Source: Chloropicon primus
Taxonomy: Eukaryota
NCBI GenBank assembly: GCA_023205875.1
Contig: CP060755.1
Location: 1,550,001 to 1,614,000, forward strand
Reading direction: 5' to 3'
Length of the DNA stretch: 64,000 nt
The notes under the pieces are model-generated. The model was given only the letters and a program-made list of their open reading frames with translations, did not search any database and was not told the origin of the DNA. Shown in pieces: positions 40,637 through 52,365 of this stretch. Numbering within the stretch: position 1 is the first letter of the stretch; each line of letters starts with the position of its first letter. Both the position numbers and the translations under genes were made by a program.

Positions 40637-40679
40637 GAAGAAGAAGACGAAGACGAAGAAGAAGAAGAAGAAGAAGAAG
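40637..40679. repeat. (GAA)n/(GAC) trinucleotide repeat in a divergent intergenic region
   Basis: Run of gaagaagaagacgaagacgaagaagaa... Confidence 0.85.
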
Positions 40680-41037
40680 CGTTGCAGGCTCCAACGAAGC
40701 GCTCTCCTTCCCCCTTCGCGTCCCCGAGACCTCGACCTCCCCGCCTTTCTCCCTCCTTCCTTCCGTCGCGCCCCGAGCCAAGCGCCGCAGTCCCTCTCTT
40801 CGTCTCTCCTCCGTTGTTCCCTCCCTCTTATCGTCGACGTCACCCCTCCCCTCGGGAGGATGGATGGCCAAGAGAGAGAGAGTAGAAATCCCGTGGTCGA
40901 GGAAAGAAATATCGTGTTCCAACTTTTCCAGCGACTTTCCCGTTTTTTCTTATCTACAGCTTGTGGCTCCGCCGACAACCGGGAGGAGAGGGACGGGTGT
41001 GGGTCTCGGTCTGGAGGACGAAGGGTGGTCTTGAGAC

Positions 41038-42030
41038 ATGGAGAAGGGAGGTCTTGTGGCGAGGGGAGGAATGCGGGCGGTGGGGAGGAGGGGAGGGTGC
41101 CTGAGGGCCACGCCTCGCCGGGGGAGTCGCGCTTGGGGGGGGGCCTCGAGGCCGAGGGTGCTGGTGCAGGGCCTGGGCCTGGGCTCGGCCGGGGGGAGGA
41201 GGCCCGGGCCGGGGCGCCTGACGGGGCTCTGCAGCAGCGAGGCGATGGAGGCGGAGACCGAGGCGGGGGCCGGGGCGGAGGCCGAGGCGGGGGCCGGGGT
41301 GGAGGCGGGGGACGAGGCGGGGGACGAGGCGGGGGACGCGGAGCCGGAGTACCAGGCCCTCGTGGAGAAGGTCCGGGCGGCCGTCGAGGGGGGCGACTGC
41401 GAGGGCGCGGGCTCGCTGATCCCGGAGCTCGAGGCGGAGCTCGAGGCCCTGCACGCCAAGGCGAGGGAGGGCGAGGAGCAGGTGGCCGCCGCCCAGGAGG
41501 ACACCTCCAAGATCAAGGAGCAGTATCTCAGGCTGAACGCCGACTTCGACAATTACAGGAAGCGGACGGAGGGGGAGAAGGAGTCCCTGTCGAAGAACGC
41601 CAGGGGGAGCACCCTGGAGGAGCTGCTGCCGGTGATAGACAACTTCGAGCTGGCGAGGACCCAGCTCAAGCTGGAGACGGAGGCGGAGCAGAAGGTCAGC
41701 GAGTCCTACCAGAACCTGTACAAGCAGCTGGTGGAGACCCTCAAGAAGCTTGGCCTGACTCCCATCGAATCCGTGGGCTCCAAGTTCGACCCGGAGCTCC
41801 ACGACGCGATCATGCAGGAGGAGACGACGGAGCACGAGGACTCCACGGTCCTCGAGGAGTACAGGAAGGGGTTCAAGTTCGGAGACCGGCTGCTGAGGGC
41901 GGCGATGGTGAAAGTCGCGGTGAACGCGGCTCCAGCCGCCAAGGCGGAGGCCGAGGGGGTGGAGGCCGAGGAAAAGGCCGAGGAAGAGGCCGAGGAAGAG
42001 GGGGAAGTCGAGGGATCGGAGGAATCTTAA
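41038..42030 (+). CDS. grpE: Organellar (probably plastid) GrpE nucleotide exchange factor
   Basis: YLRLNADFDNYRKR, LLPVIDNFE, FDPELHDAI, GFKFGDRLLRAAMVKV. Confidence 0.95.
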   Translation: MEKGGLVARGGMRAVGRRGGCLRATPRRGSRAWGGASRPRVLVQGLGLGSAGGRRPGPGRLTGLCSSEAMEAETEAGAGAEAEAGAGVEAGDEAGDEAGDAEPEYQALVEKVRAAVEGGDCEGAGSLIPELEAELEALHAKAREGEEQVAAAQEDTSKIKEQYLRLNADFDNYRKRTEGEKESLSKNARGSTLEELLPVIDNFELARTQLKLETEAEQKVSESYQNLYKQLVETLKKLGLTPIESVGSKFDPELHDAIMQEETTEHEDSTVLEEYRKGFKFGDRLLRAAMVKVAVNAAPAAKAEAEGVEAEEKAEEEAEEEGEVEGSEES

Positions 42031-42304
42031 CCGAATTCTCCCATCGCTCGCCAGTGATGTCCAAGACTATTTTTTGCTTAACCTTCCCGCTCTCCTTGGC
42101 CTTCGGAGCACGCCAACTTTGGAGCGAGAAGCAAGTCCTACTGTAATCCTACAACCTGCTGGAGTACCTGATCCTCCCTCTCCCTGTCTTCGTTCGTCCC
42201 TTTCCCCTCCTCCTCCCTTCTCTTTTCTGCTGCTGATGGGAATTTGCTTGTTCAAACGACCGGGAGAGACAGCCAACGCCAAGGCGCGGACCTTTGTTGC
42301 CAAG

Positions 42305-44027
42305 ATGGCCGCCCCGGGCACCATGAAAGAGACATGGACCAAGGTGGAGGACCTCCTGAAGCGGCGCGACCCTGAGACGGAGCCTTACAAGTCGAGGTAC
42401 GAGGCGATCAAGGTCCTAAGGGACGCGAGGGAAAGAATTGTGTCTGGGAACGAGACTCTCACGGTGGAGGAGGAGAAGGCCGTCGCGGCGATCGACCACA
42501 GGATCGGGCTCACCAAGGTGTCCGTCGACGAAAGGGGGGAGGGGAAAGAGATCTTGAACGGGTGCCTGGAGGTCCTTCAGAAGCACGAGGGGGACTTCGT
42601 CCACCAGCTCCAGGAGGCTTGGAATATGCTGGGCATCGTGAACTTCGAGAGGGACCTGACCTCCCAGGCCTTGGAGTACTTCAAGAGAGCCGAGGATCTG
42701 TACCACGGGCGCAAGGAGAGCGCGAGCGGGAGCCACTTTAGCCTCACCCTCTTCTACCTCGCCCAAGCCTACTCTAACCTCGGGGAGGCGGAGCAAGGGG
42801 CGAGGTACTGTGCTCTCACCCTGGACATGCAGTTGAGGACCAAGACTTACGCCACCCACGACTGGACGCAGAACGCGGTGCAGCTCGCTGGGTTCTACCT
42901 GGACAAGGCCCAATTCGCCACCGCGTACAACCTTCTGGAGGCGGCCAAGGCGGTGCTCAGGGAGGACATCGGGGAGCTCGACGACTTCATCCCGTCGGGC
43001 GGGAACACCGGGGACGTCCCAGCCAATCTGGTTCTTGGCTGGGCCAAGTTCTACCTCCGCCTCCTCGTGGCCTCGAGGGAGTGGAAGCTGAGCGGGGGAG
43101 CCGAGGGGTTCAGGGAAGGCTATGAAGTGAGGGAGGAGGAGGTCCGGCCGGAGCTGAGGTTCGAGAGCCTGGACCTCGCCCCGTGCCCGTTTCTGACCAA
43201 GAGCGCCCTCTTCCTCGATTTCGGACAAGCGAGGACAGTGTTCAACAAGGGCATGACGTACTTCAAAAGGGCGATGGAGCACTACAAGCTCGACGGCTGG
43301 GTCACGGAGCACTTCCAAATCACGATGGAGGTCTCGGCCCTTTACAGGGCTCTCGCCACCTTTGAGACGGACGGCCACAGGGCCTGCGTCATGCACAGGA
43401 AGAGAAGCAAGAGGATCGAGGTCGTGCTGGAGGACTTGAACCCAAAGTATTTCCCGAGCGTGTGGAAGTCGGGTCTGCTTGAGCTGGCCGATATTTACAG
43501 GGAGATCATGGAGGTGAAGTCGTCCGTCAACCGGCCCGCGGGCAAGGTCTACAAAGCGGGGGCAGCCAGCGCTCAGTATTACAAGAAGTTCATCGAGTCC
43601 TTTGACGACACCGATGGGGGGATCGAAAATTTGGAAGAAGACGACATGCTTTACTACATCAAAGCGAGGTTCGAGCTCGGGCGGATTCTTCAAAAACTCT
43701 ACAGTGTCTACCCGGAGGGACAGGGAGACAGCAGGAACAGTTGCATGTCGGAGAGCATCATGCACCTGCAGTGGATTGAGGACTTCACGGAGAAGCACGG
43801 TAAGCCCAAACTTCCTATCCCGACCCTCGCTCGAAAACTGGTTCCCCTTCCCTTTCTGACCGCCTTCGTCGTTTCCTGTCGCTCCTCCTGGCCAACGGTC
43901 CGACGGCCCGCCCCCGTCGTCGTCGTCGTCCATCGCAGACGTGGAAGGCTTCGCACAGGAGAGAGCGCTCTGCGTGGAGATGAAAAACCTTCTGCAGACG
44001 AAATTCTCCCTGCTGAAGGCATCTTGA
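42305..44027 (+). CDS. KIF-binding protein (KBP/KIFBP) homologue; exons 42305-43799 and 43939-44027
   Basis: DPETEPYKSRYEA, TLFYLAQAY, YCALTL, YKLDGWVTEH, MHRKR, LNPKYF. Splicing restores a KBP-like end, ERALCVEMKNLLQTK. Confidence 0.85.
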
Positions 44028-44073
44028 GTCGAGGCCCCCCTGTGTGCCGGGCCCCCTTCGCTCCCTTCCACGG

Positions 44074-44448
44074 CTACTCGACGTGGATGCCGTTCTCCTC
44101 CGTTCCCTCAAAGGGGCTGGCGCTGAACTTCCAAACGATGGGCGCTAGGAACCACCAAACGAGACTGAAGAGCCCATAGAGGACAATGGCGATGAGGAGT
44201 ATGCCGCAGACGCCCACGAGCCTGTGCCCAAAACGAAACGCGGAACGAAGAGCAAAGAGAGTCTCAGCACAACTCGAGGGCTGACAAGTATGGGGCGAAC
44301 AACAATATAAACCTAGAAAAGAAAAAACACTGAAAAGCGATTGATTCCGCGTTCGCAAGACGGTCGAAAGACCGCGAGAGTTCCAGCCCAGGCGGCACGA
44401 GAGAGGATCTCCCTCCCCCCCTTACCTGTGTACCGTTTTCTTGTCCAT
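44074..44448 (-). CDS. Putative 56-aa membrane microprotein; exons 44448-44426 and 44221-44074
   Basis: ACAATGG start, AG|GTAAGG donor and GCACAG acceptor give MDKKTVHRLVGVCGILLIAIVLYGLFSLVWWFLAPIVWKFSASPFEGTEENGIHVE*. Confidence 0.55.
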
Positions 44449-44563
44449 TGTCCCAACTTGGGCTTGGGTCCGCGAGCGCCCCGGCCGTTTCAGTCGACGC
44501 GACCTTTTTCATTTATTTACTCTCGCCAGGAGCGTGCGGTTGAGGGCCGGGCGAAGGGGGACG

Positions 44564-45475
44564 ATGGAGGAGACGGGAGAACGGAAAGCGGTGGGGGAGG
44601 GGAGTGGGCTTGAGTTCAAGCTTCACCCCCTGGTCATCATTAACATATCGGACCACTTTACGCGGTGCAGCCTGAACGTGACAAGCGGGGGTCGGGTGAT
44701 CGGTTGCCTTCTCGGGGAGCAAAAGGGAAGAGTGATCCACATCACGAATACGTTTGAGATGAACTTCAAGAAGGACACGGAGGACCAGAGCCTCGACAAG
44801 GAGTACCTCGCGGCGAAGAAGGAGCAATACAAGACCGTGTTCCCGAACTTGGAGGTGATGGGCTGGTACTCGACGGGTGACAAGATACAGGAGAGCGACA
44901 TGCAGACGCACAAGACGATCAGTGAGATCAACGAGAGCCCTGTCTTCCTCTTGCTGGACCCGAAGATGTCGGACGAGCGCAGGGATCTGCCCATAATGAT
45001 TTACGAGACGGAGCTCCACGTGATTGAGAGGTTCCCGTCGCAAATCTTCGTGCAGGCCAAGTACACGGTGGACTCGCTGGAGGCGGAGAGGATAGCGGTG
45101 GACCAAGTAGCCCGAATCGTGCCCTCTGGGAAGTCCAGCTCCACGGAACAGCTGTCGAGTCACATGACAGGGATGCAGAATGCCGTCAAGATGCTTCGGA
45201 GTCGCATCGCTGTCATACTGGACACCGTGAAGCAGATGAGGGATGGGAAGATTGCGTGCGACCAGGAGCTGCTGCGAGAGATTTCCTCGCTGGTGAGGAG
45301 GCTACCCGTGGGGACGAAGAAGATCAAAGACACCCTGAACACGGAGTACAACGACACACTCATGATGGCTTACCTGTCCTTCATGACAAAGGGAAACGCG
45401 GCGTTGCACGAGATCGTGAGCAAGATAAACGCGACCTACGACACCAAAGTGGCTCACCACCGGAGGAATTTTTGA
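44564..45475 (+). CDS. CSN6: COP9 signalosome subunit 6
   Basis: FKLHPLVIINISDHFTR MPN- domain, GWYSTG, INESPVFLLL, EAERIAVDQVA, EYNDTLMMAYL. Confidence 0.95.
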   Translation: MEETGERKAVGEGSGLEFKLHPLVIINISDHFTRCSLNVTSGGRVIGCLLGEQKGRVIHITNTFEMNFKKDTEDQSLDKEYLAAKKEQYKTVFPNLEVMGWYSTGDKIQESDMQTHKTISEINESPVFLLLDPKMSDERRDLPIMIYETELHVIERFPSQIFVQAKYTVDSLEAERIAVDQVARIVPSGKSSSTEQLSSHMTGMQNAVKMLRSRIAVILDTVKQMRDGKIACDQELLREISSLVRRLPVGTKKIKDTLNTEYNDTLMMAYLSFMTKGNAALHEIVSKINATYDTKVAHHRRNF

Positions 45476-45567
45476 GTCTTACAAGAGTCTTAATTTTGTA
45501 TCCTGCTTTATATTATAAACGAAAAATTGAGCGCGCGTTGCGCTGCAGCTGGGCACCTCTCTCCCTC

Positions 45568-47202
45568 TCAAAAGGTGGTCTCGTCGAGGTCCGAGAGGCA
45601 AAAGCCTGGTATGATTGGTCCGGCGCGCACTCCCATCATGTTGAGCCTGCAGATGTGCCTGTCGAGCCTCGCTTGAGCCTCGACCACGTCGTTCACGATG
45701 CTCCTGGACCACATTCTCTCGGCAACCGCGGCCGCCTTTGCCCAAACCCGAGTCTCAAAGTCGAGCTCGTTCACCCCCTCGGCCCACATCGCGGTCATCA
45801 AGCCGAGGAGCATGTTGTACTGACTGGGGTCCAGCTGGTCGAAAGGCTCCTCCTGGTACATGCACTTCCACGTCTGCTGCCAGGCGTAGTCCTTGCACGG
45901 ACCGCTCCCCGTAATGGTGCTCTGCTGGTCCAGGTAGTACGACCCGGAGAACACCACCGGCATGCCTCCCTGAATCACGGGGCTCATCATCTTTGGATCC
46001 TGCCACACGTTCCCGTAGGATCCTTCGGGCAGGAGCGAGGGCTTGATGTCCAGTTTGTTGGACTGCCACACCCCAACCTTTCTCCCCTGCAGGCCCGGCA
46101 GCACTTGGGAAGTAACCTGAGTCCAAAAATAGTCGAAAAGCTGCGTGTCGTTCATGTTGTGCTGGCTGAGCCACTGCGCGATGGAAGGGTTCTTCGACCA
46201 GCACGAGGAGTCCACCTCGTCGCCCCCCAAGAAAATGTACTCGCTGGGGAAGATGCTGGCCATCTCCTGCAGGAAGGTCTTCAAGAAGGTGTACACCTCC
46301 GGCTTGGTGGGGTCCAGAACGTCCTCGCACCCCATGAGATCGGGGTAACCCGCGCCCCAGGAGCCGTGCCCAGGGACGTCGAACTCCGGCACCACGGTGA
46401 TACCCCTCGATGCTGCGTAGTCCACCACGGCGACCATGTCGTCCCTGGAGTAGACCGCCTTGGGGTGGAAGGCGCCCTTGACCAGGTCCGGAAACGTTTT
46501 GCTCTCCACCGGGAAGCTCTCGGAGTCGACGAGGTGCCAGTGCAACACGTTGTAGCGGTGCAGGGCCATGACGTCGATGACCCGCCTCAGGTAGGTCACG
46601 GGAAGAAAATGGCGCGCGCTGTCGACCAGGAAGCCCCGAAATTTGAACCTCGGGAAGTCGGTTATCTCCGCCTCGTACATGCTCTTCCCGTCCGAGGTGT
46701 CGCAGAGCTGGGCGAGGGTGGTGAGCGCGTAATACGCCCCGTACATGTTGTCGGCCTCGATCTTGCAGTTGGGGTAAGGCTGGCTCGCCACGGTCAGCCT
46801 GTACGTCTGGTTCGTGTCCACGGAGAGCGTGTCGTCCGACGTCGCCAGCTGCACGGTGCAGGAGTTCAGCAACGACCCCGACCCCGAGGAGGGGTTGTTG
46901 ACGTCACTAGCCGTGGTGGCGTTCCCCGGGTACACGAGGTTCGCGCAGCTGTGCTGCACCAGCTTGGCGTAGTAGTCCAACTGGTACCTGAACTTGGCGG
47001 GGCACGGGTTGTTGACCTCGCACGCCAGCTCGAACCCCGCGGCGTCGATGGGCACGGTGTCCCCCGGGATGGAGACAGTCTGCGGCCAGGGCCAGAGCGC
47101 CGGCGAGTGCGCCCTCGCGGTCGTCGCCGCCGCGAGGGCGAGAAGGGCCACCGCCAGGGCCGACCGATTCGCCATCACCGCCCTCGTCATCCTCGTCTTC
47201 AT
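45568..47202 (-). CDS. GH20 beta-N-acetylhexosaminidase with signal peptide
   Basis: LWPWP, DFPRFKFRGFLVDSARHF, NVLHWHLVD, PEFDVPGH, GGDE, YYLD, MWAE. The start may be a slightly downstream Met. Confidence 0.95.
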   Translation of the reverse strand: MKTRMTRAVMANRSALAVALLALAAATTARAHSPALWPWPQTVSIPGDTVPIDAAGFELACEVNNPCPAKFRYQLDYYAKLVQHSCANLVYPGNATTASDVNNPSSGSGSLLNSCTVQLATSDDTLSVDTNQTYRLTVASQPYPNCKIEADNMYGAYYALTTLAQLCDTSDGKSMYEAEITDFPRFKFRGFLVDSARHFLPVTYLRRVIDVMALHRYNVLHWHLVDSESFPVESKTFPDLVKGAFHPKAVYSRDDMVAVVDYAASRGITVVPEFDVPGHGSWGAGYPDLMGCEDVLDPTKPEVYTFLKTFLQEMASIFPSEYIFLGGDEVDSSCWSKNPSIAQWLSQHNMNDTQLFDYFWTQVTSQVLPGLQGRKVGVWQSNKLDIKPSLLPEGSYGNVWQDPKMMSPVIQGGMPVVFSGSYYLDQQSTITGSGPCKDYAWQQTWKCMYQEEPFDQLDPSQYNMLLGLMTAMWAEGVNELDFETRVWAKAAAVAERMWSRSIVNDVVEAQARLDRHICRLNMMGVRAGPIIPGFCLSDLDETTF

Positions 47203-47656
47203 GGATGGCCTCGAGGGAGACCTTTTTTTTTTTGGTCAATCTCATTCTTCCTCCGGCTGAGGTTTTGTTTTGTGGTCGAGGAGGCGAGATCGAGATTAAA
47301 AGGGGATTTGGATTGGATTGGTCGCGGCAAAAAGGACGGGAAGGCCAGACGACGGGGCACAAGACACGAGCGAGAAGCATAACGAGGGAAGGGAAAGCAT
47401 AGACGGACGGACGGACGGAAGGCTCGAGTCTCCCTTGGCCGCTGGCTTTGCGGTCCGCGGCCTCTCCTTGTTTTTTTTATTATTATTGGTTCGAGACAGA
47501 GAGCGAGAGCGTTTTTTTTTTCTTTTTTCGAGACAGACGAGACGGACGGACCAGCTGGAGTCCAGCACGACTTTTGCTTTTCTTCTCCGTGACCCTCGAT
47601 GAAGGAAGGCGCTCTGGAGACCTGAAAGTTTTGCTTTATTGAGGTTCGCCCCCGCG

Positions 47657-49714
47657 ATGAGCTCGCCGGGGGGAGCGACGAGGTCGGCCAGGTCGTCCAC
47701 GACGACGGACGAGGCGAGGCTGGAGCATATCGCGACCGAGTGCCTCGCGAAGGCCGTGCACGTCGTGCTCGCGGCAAGACTGAACAGGCGGGCGTCCTCG
47801 GGGGTCACCAGGGACAACCGGAACCGCTGGTTCAACCTGGAGACGGAGGAGGTGGACGTGGCGACCCCGCAGGTGGACCTGTGGAAGCGGGACACCTCGA
47901 TGACGCTGGTCGCTGAAATTTACGGGGAGAAGAAGAACGCCCGTGGGGACGACAAGGGGGGTTCTCCGGCCCAGGGGGGAGGGGAAAACGCCCACCTGCT
48001 GGAGGCGTGGACGTTTCAGGTCCGGAGGAAGGACTTCGGGGCGGACAACAACTCGAGCAGCGGGAGCGGGAGCAGCGGGAGCAGCAGCAGCCAGACCAGG
48101 CTGACGAGGGTGCAGAGGCTGGAGACCCCCGTCGTGTACAAGAGGGCGGTGATCTTCCTCCGGTCCCTGTTCTGCTTCGTGAGGCTCCTGCCCGCGTTCT
48201 CGGTGTACCAGGTGACGAAGCGCTCGCCCTCGTCCAAGCTGCTGATCACCAGCAAGATCAAGGTCGTCGAGGGGAAGCCTGCGTATGACCCGGAGGACTT
48301 CTCCCTGCACGAGTTCAAGCAGATTGACACGCCGGTTGGGGACATCTGCGCCCAGGTGCTGTACGTGAGCAACCCGGTGGAGGTCCTCTCGAGGGAGTAC
48401 GGGAACAGCGTGATGTACGTGACTCCGCCAAAGCCCGCGACGGCGGCGACGAGCAGCAGCAGCAGGGCGGGGGCGAACGTGGTGGTGACGGCGTCCGGGG
48501 AGAAGGTGGATGCCTCCTCGTTTTCGCCCGCGATATCCGGCTCCCAGGGCTTCGCGCCCCACTCGGCCCCCCAGGTCATGCGGAGGCAGAGCTGGAGCTA
48601 CTCTAGGAACCAGATGCAGCTGGAGGCCGCCAACTCGAGGAACAAGTTCTCGGACGTCATGGTGGTGGACCCGGTGCTGGAGGAGAGGAGGCCGACTCAG
48701 AACAGCAGCCTTCCGATGAGGATTCCGAACGCGACGGGCAGGCCGCCCTCCTCGAGGGGAAACAGCGTCGACAGCAGCGTCGGGGGAGGCAGCAGCATCA
48801 GGCGAAGCATCGTGAGGACGCCAGGGTCCAGCGGCTGCAGCTCGGGCAGCGGGAGCATCAAGCCCCTCACCGCGCCGTGCACCTCTTCCTCCTTCGGAGC
48901 AAGGGTCTACACGTCCCTGGCCGCGTCGCCGGAGGAGTACGTGGTCGGATTCTCGATGAGCCACGACAAGAGCAGCGCGAACTCCTCCGCCAACGAGAGG
49001 ATTCCCATGCAACTGCCCACCTCGGCCCTGAACCGGAGAAAGATGGAACAGTCCTCTTCCGCCGGTGCTGCTACTGGGCAGAGCATCGTGAAGGCGACGA
49101 CGCCTGGGGTACAAGTCGTGTGCAGCGGCCCGGGGGGGTCGAGCGTGAAGTCGGTAGACAGCAGCGAGATGGGCAGCTACAGGGTTCCCCTGTCTTGCAG
49201 TCCCCAGCTGCCATTTGCCATAACTCCAAAGTTCTCGGCTTCCGCTTCCTCGCTGTCGTACGACTTTCAGACCTCTCCCATGGATAGCGGCATCCCTTCG
49301 ATAAGGCTGGTGAGGCGCGGGACTTCTCCGCGAGACTCCTCGGAGCTGGCTTCAATGAACTGCTCTCCTGCCCTGGAGAACTTTCTGGACGGCGGCATGC
49401 CCTTCCCTCCGATGCTCCACGGATCTTACAACAAGCCAAGGATCGCGAACTCGAACAGCGGCACGTACGAGGAGGAGGATCAAGACGCGCTGCCTTTTGC
49501 GCTGGACAGCAGTCCGGGGGACAGCTCGGGGAGGGGGAGAGGGGAGGCGCAGGACGCGGCCATCGGGGCCTTTGTCAGAGCACTTCAGGAAGCTCCTCCT
49601 TTGAGAAACCAGGACGCGTCGTCGCTGTCGTACAGGACGCTCTCCTCCGCGATGTTGGAGCTGAGGCAGCTCCGGGAAACGTTGGACACGGCGAAAACAG
49701 CTTTGGTGAAGTAG
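47657..49714 (+). CDS. ATG13: Autophagy protein ATG13
   Basis: HORMA-like N-terminus (KAVHVVLAARL, NRWFNL, LLEAW, VYKRAVIFLRSLFCFVRLLPA), Ser-rich middle, C-terminal PFA and DAAIGAFVRALQEAPPLR. Confidence 0.9.
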   Translation: MSSPGGATRSARSSTTTDEARLEHIATECLAKAVHVVLAARLNRRASSGVTRDNRNRWFNLETEEVDVATPQVDLWKRDTSMTLVAEIYGEKKNARGDDKGGSPAQGGGENAHLLEAWTFQVRRKDFGADNNSSSGSGSSGSSSSQTRLTRVQRLETPVVYKRAVIFLRSLFCFVRLLPAFSVYQVTKRSPSSKLLITSKIKVVEGKPAYDPEDFSLHEFKQIDTPVGDICAQVLYVSNPVEVLSREYGNSVMYVTPPKPATAATSSSSRAGANVVVTASGEKVDASSFSPAISGSQGFAPHSAPQVMRRQSWSYSRNQMQLEAANSRNKFSDVMVVDPVLEERRPTQNSSLPMRIPNATGRPPSSRGNSVDSSVGGGSSIRRSIVRTPGSSGCSSGSGSIKPLTAPCTSSSFGARVYTSLAASPEEYVVGFSMSHDKSSANSSANERIPMQLPTSALNRRKMEQSSSAGAATGQSIVKATTPGVQVVCSGPGGSSVKSVDSSEMGSYRVPLSCSPQLPFAITPKFSASASSLSYDFQTSPMDSGIPSIRLVRRGTSPRDSSELASMNCSPALENFLDGGMPFPPMLHGSYNKPRIANSNSGTYEEEDQDALPFALDSSPGDSSGRGRGEAQDAAIGAFVRALQEAPPLRNQDASSLSYRTLSSAMLELRQLRETLDTAKTALVK

Positions 49715-49860
49715 AGGGGGAGGAGGTGGTAGAGGGATTCATAAATTTGTAAAATGTAAAAAAAAAAGTCTCAAACGTTGATTGTAGCCCCTCGTGTCTT
49801 CTTGCCGTCATCGTTATACTACAAAGGTCGCTAAAAATTACAACGAGCAAGATCTTGCTC

Positions 49861-52365
49861 TTACTCGTCCCCTTCCCCGAGCTTGCGCTTCTTCCACTTG
49901 TATGCAGCTTGCAGGAGCTTGAGGTTTGGTGCAGCACCAGCCTCGTCAGGAAACAGGTAGTCGTAGTACTCCTCCATGCCAACTTCCTCCCCGTTGTTGT
50001 CCATGACAGGGCGCCTCCTCTTTACCTGGCGAGGCATCTTTTCTTCCACCTCCTTGAGGGATTCCGGGCTTCCGGACTCGGTCTCGAAAGCCTTCCAGGC
50101 TTCCAGGAGCATGACGCATTCGTCCTTCATGTCCAGAGCCGGGTCCCGGAAATAACGGTACGCGCGCTTGTAAATCTCTCTCGCGTTCTGCTGCATCTCG
50201 TACGTGGGAGTTTCCTCTTCCCCTTCGGGTGCGGTGGGCCCCTCGCCCTCAACTTCTTCACCCTCCAGGGCCAGCTTGTGCAAGGGCACTGATTCGAACC
50301 TCGCAAAGCTTATCCAGACCTTGACGTGCTTGGTGCGCTCCATTAACCTCTCGTACAGTTCTCTTGCCCTGACGCGCTCCCCCTCGCTGATCTCAAAGTC
50401 GATGTACATCTTCCACAAGTTCTCTGGCTTGTCCAGCATGGTCTGCTGCACTGCCAGCTCGAAAATTGCCCTCGTTCGCTCAACCTCACCCAAGTTCTTC
50501 TCAAGCTCCGTGAATTTGCACCAGGCATCACAGCTGGACGGGCAGACCTCCAGGTACTTGCCGTACAAGAGACGGCACCGGTCGACGTTGCCCAGCTGCA
50601 TCTCCATCTCGATGTAGCTGTCAAAGATCTTCTTCTTGGGTGCCATTCCGATGGCCATGCCGTAGATCTTTCGGGCCCCCTTCAAATTCTTGTGCCTGAT
50701 CTCAAACTGTGCGGCGAGGATCCACACTTTCGAGAAGGAGAATGTCTTGTGCGGGATAAACTTCAAGCACTGCCTATACACTTCCCGGGTCCTTGTTGTG
50801 TCCTCAGCTTCCAGCTCCTCGTAAAGGGCGTAGTTTATCCACAGGTAGATGTACCTCCTCCAGAACTTCTTCTCCTGAGCAGGGGGCACGTTCGCGATGG
50901 CTCTCTCGTAAAGTTCGCGCACGCTGGAGTGCGTCCCCGAGCTCTCCTCCAGCCTCAAGTAATCGAACCAAGTGTCGTAGTTGGTAGGATTGACTTTGAT
51001 GTCCTCCTCGTACTGGAATCTCTTCTTCCTCGTGATGACATCCTCAATCTCCTCCTTGGTGCCGAACTTCTTCTCGAATTGAACGTACTCCTTGTACAGC
51101 TCCTCCGCCTCCTTCTTTGCAATGTTGTCCAGAGCGTACTTGTAGATTGCCCTTGCCCTGTCCATCTCCTTGCAGAACTCTTCGAACTTGGCGAACTTTT
51201 GAAACAGCTCTGTTGTGTTTGCATCCAATCCGAGCTCCCTCACTGCAGCCTCGTAGACAGCCCTGGCCTTTTCCCTCTCCCCGAGCTTGCCCTCGAACTT
51301 CGCGTAGTTCACCCACGCTTTGACTGTTGGGTGGCACCTGACATACCTCTCGTAGATCTGTCTGGCCCTGTCCACTTCGTTGTACCTCAGCTCCATCCTG
51401 ATGTAGGATCTCCAGCCCTGGTGATCCGGCTCCCACTTCATCCACCTCTCGAAAACTTGTCGCGCCCCAGCAACGTTCCCCATCATCTCCTCCATGTGAA
51501 CATACTTGTACCTGAGAAGAAGAGAGAGAAGAGTAAGAGATGTCCAGAGGTCAAAATTACTGTTGCTCCACGTTCCTTGTCCGCACAGTCAGTACAAGAC
51601 CAAAGTTTTCTTGTCGCACCCGTCCCTTATTGAAGGATAAACAGAGAACTCATCCTTCCTTACACTTAGGGTGCTTTTGCTGGTCTTGTACGTTCACACC
51701 CGCACGTTGTTCCTGCAAAGAAGACGAGACTTACCATAGCTGATCAATCCTGGGCAGGAGAGTGCACGCTCTGTCCCACACGTTCCTAGCGTGGTTGATG
51801 TTCTTGTGCCGCATCTCCATCTCCGCGTACTTGAGCCACAAGGTGGGGTTGCGGTAATTCGCTTCGACGGCCCTCTCGTAGACGGACCTTGCCCGCGCCA
51901 AGTCATTCTGCGACTCCTCCCACTTTGCGTACTTCCACCAGGCGCTGATGTTCCACCCGCCGACCTTCCGCACGAGGCCCTCGAAGTCTTTCCGCTTCCC
52001 GAGACGGTACTCGTCGAGCTCCTCCTGGTCCACGATCTTCTGACGGGGCGCCTTGAAGTCATCCTCTTGCCGATCCTTCGCCTCGCGAATAAGCTGCTCC
52101 GCTGTGATCTAAGGGCAGACGAGGACGAAAAGAAATGCGAAACGTCAGAACCCCGGCTCTTTGCGCGCCACGCTACTGCCTGCCTCCAGCAGACGCCCCG
52201 TTGTCTCTCCAACGCTACGCTCTCTCCAAAACTCGTCTTCTTCTTCCTCGGTCCGTTCTCGCCTCGGCTTCGTGGACTCACCTGTCTGTCTGCGGCCTGC
52301 TTACTCTTGACTCGCGTGGCTCTCGGCAGCTTGACCTGGAGGTCTCGCCCTCCGAGGTCCGCCAT
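49861..52365 (-). CDS. CRN: Crooked neck/CLF1/SYF3 HAT-repeat splicing factor; exons 52365-52282, 52108-51735, 51511-49861
   Basis: [64 protein letters not shown]; introns in phase. Confidence 0.96.

Noticed and set aside
43800..44179. C-terminal extension of the 701-aa ORF in the track
   Set aside because: Reads through an intron; the spliced exon 43939-44027 restores the KBP-like end.
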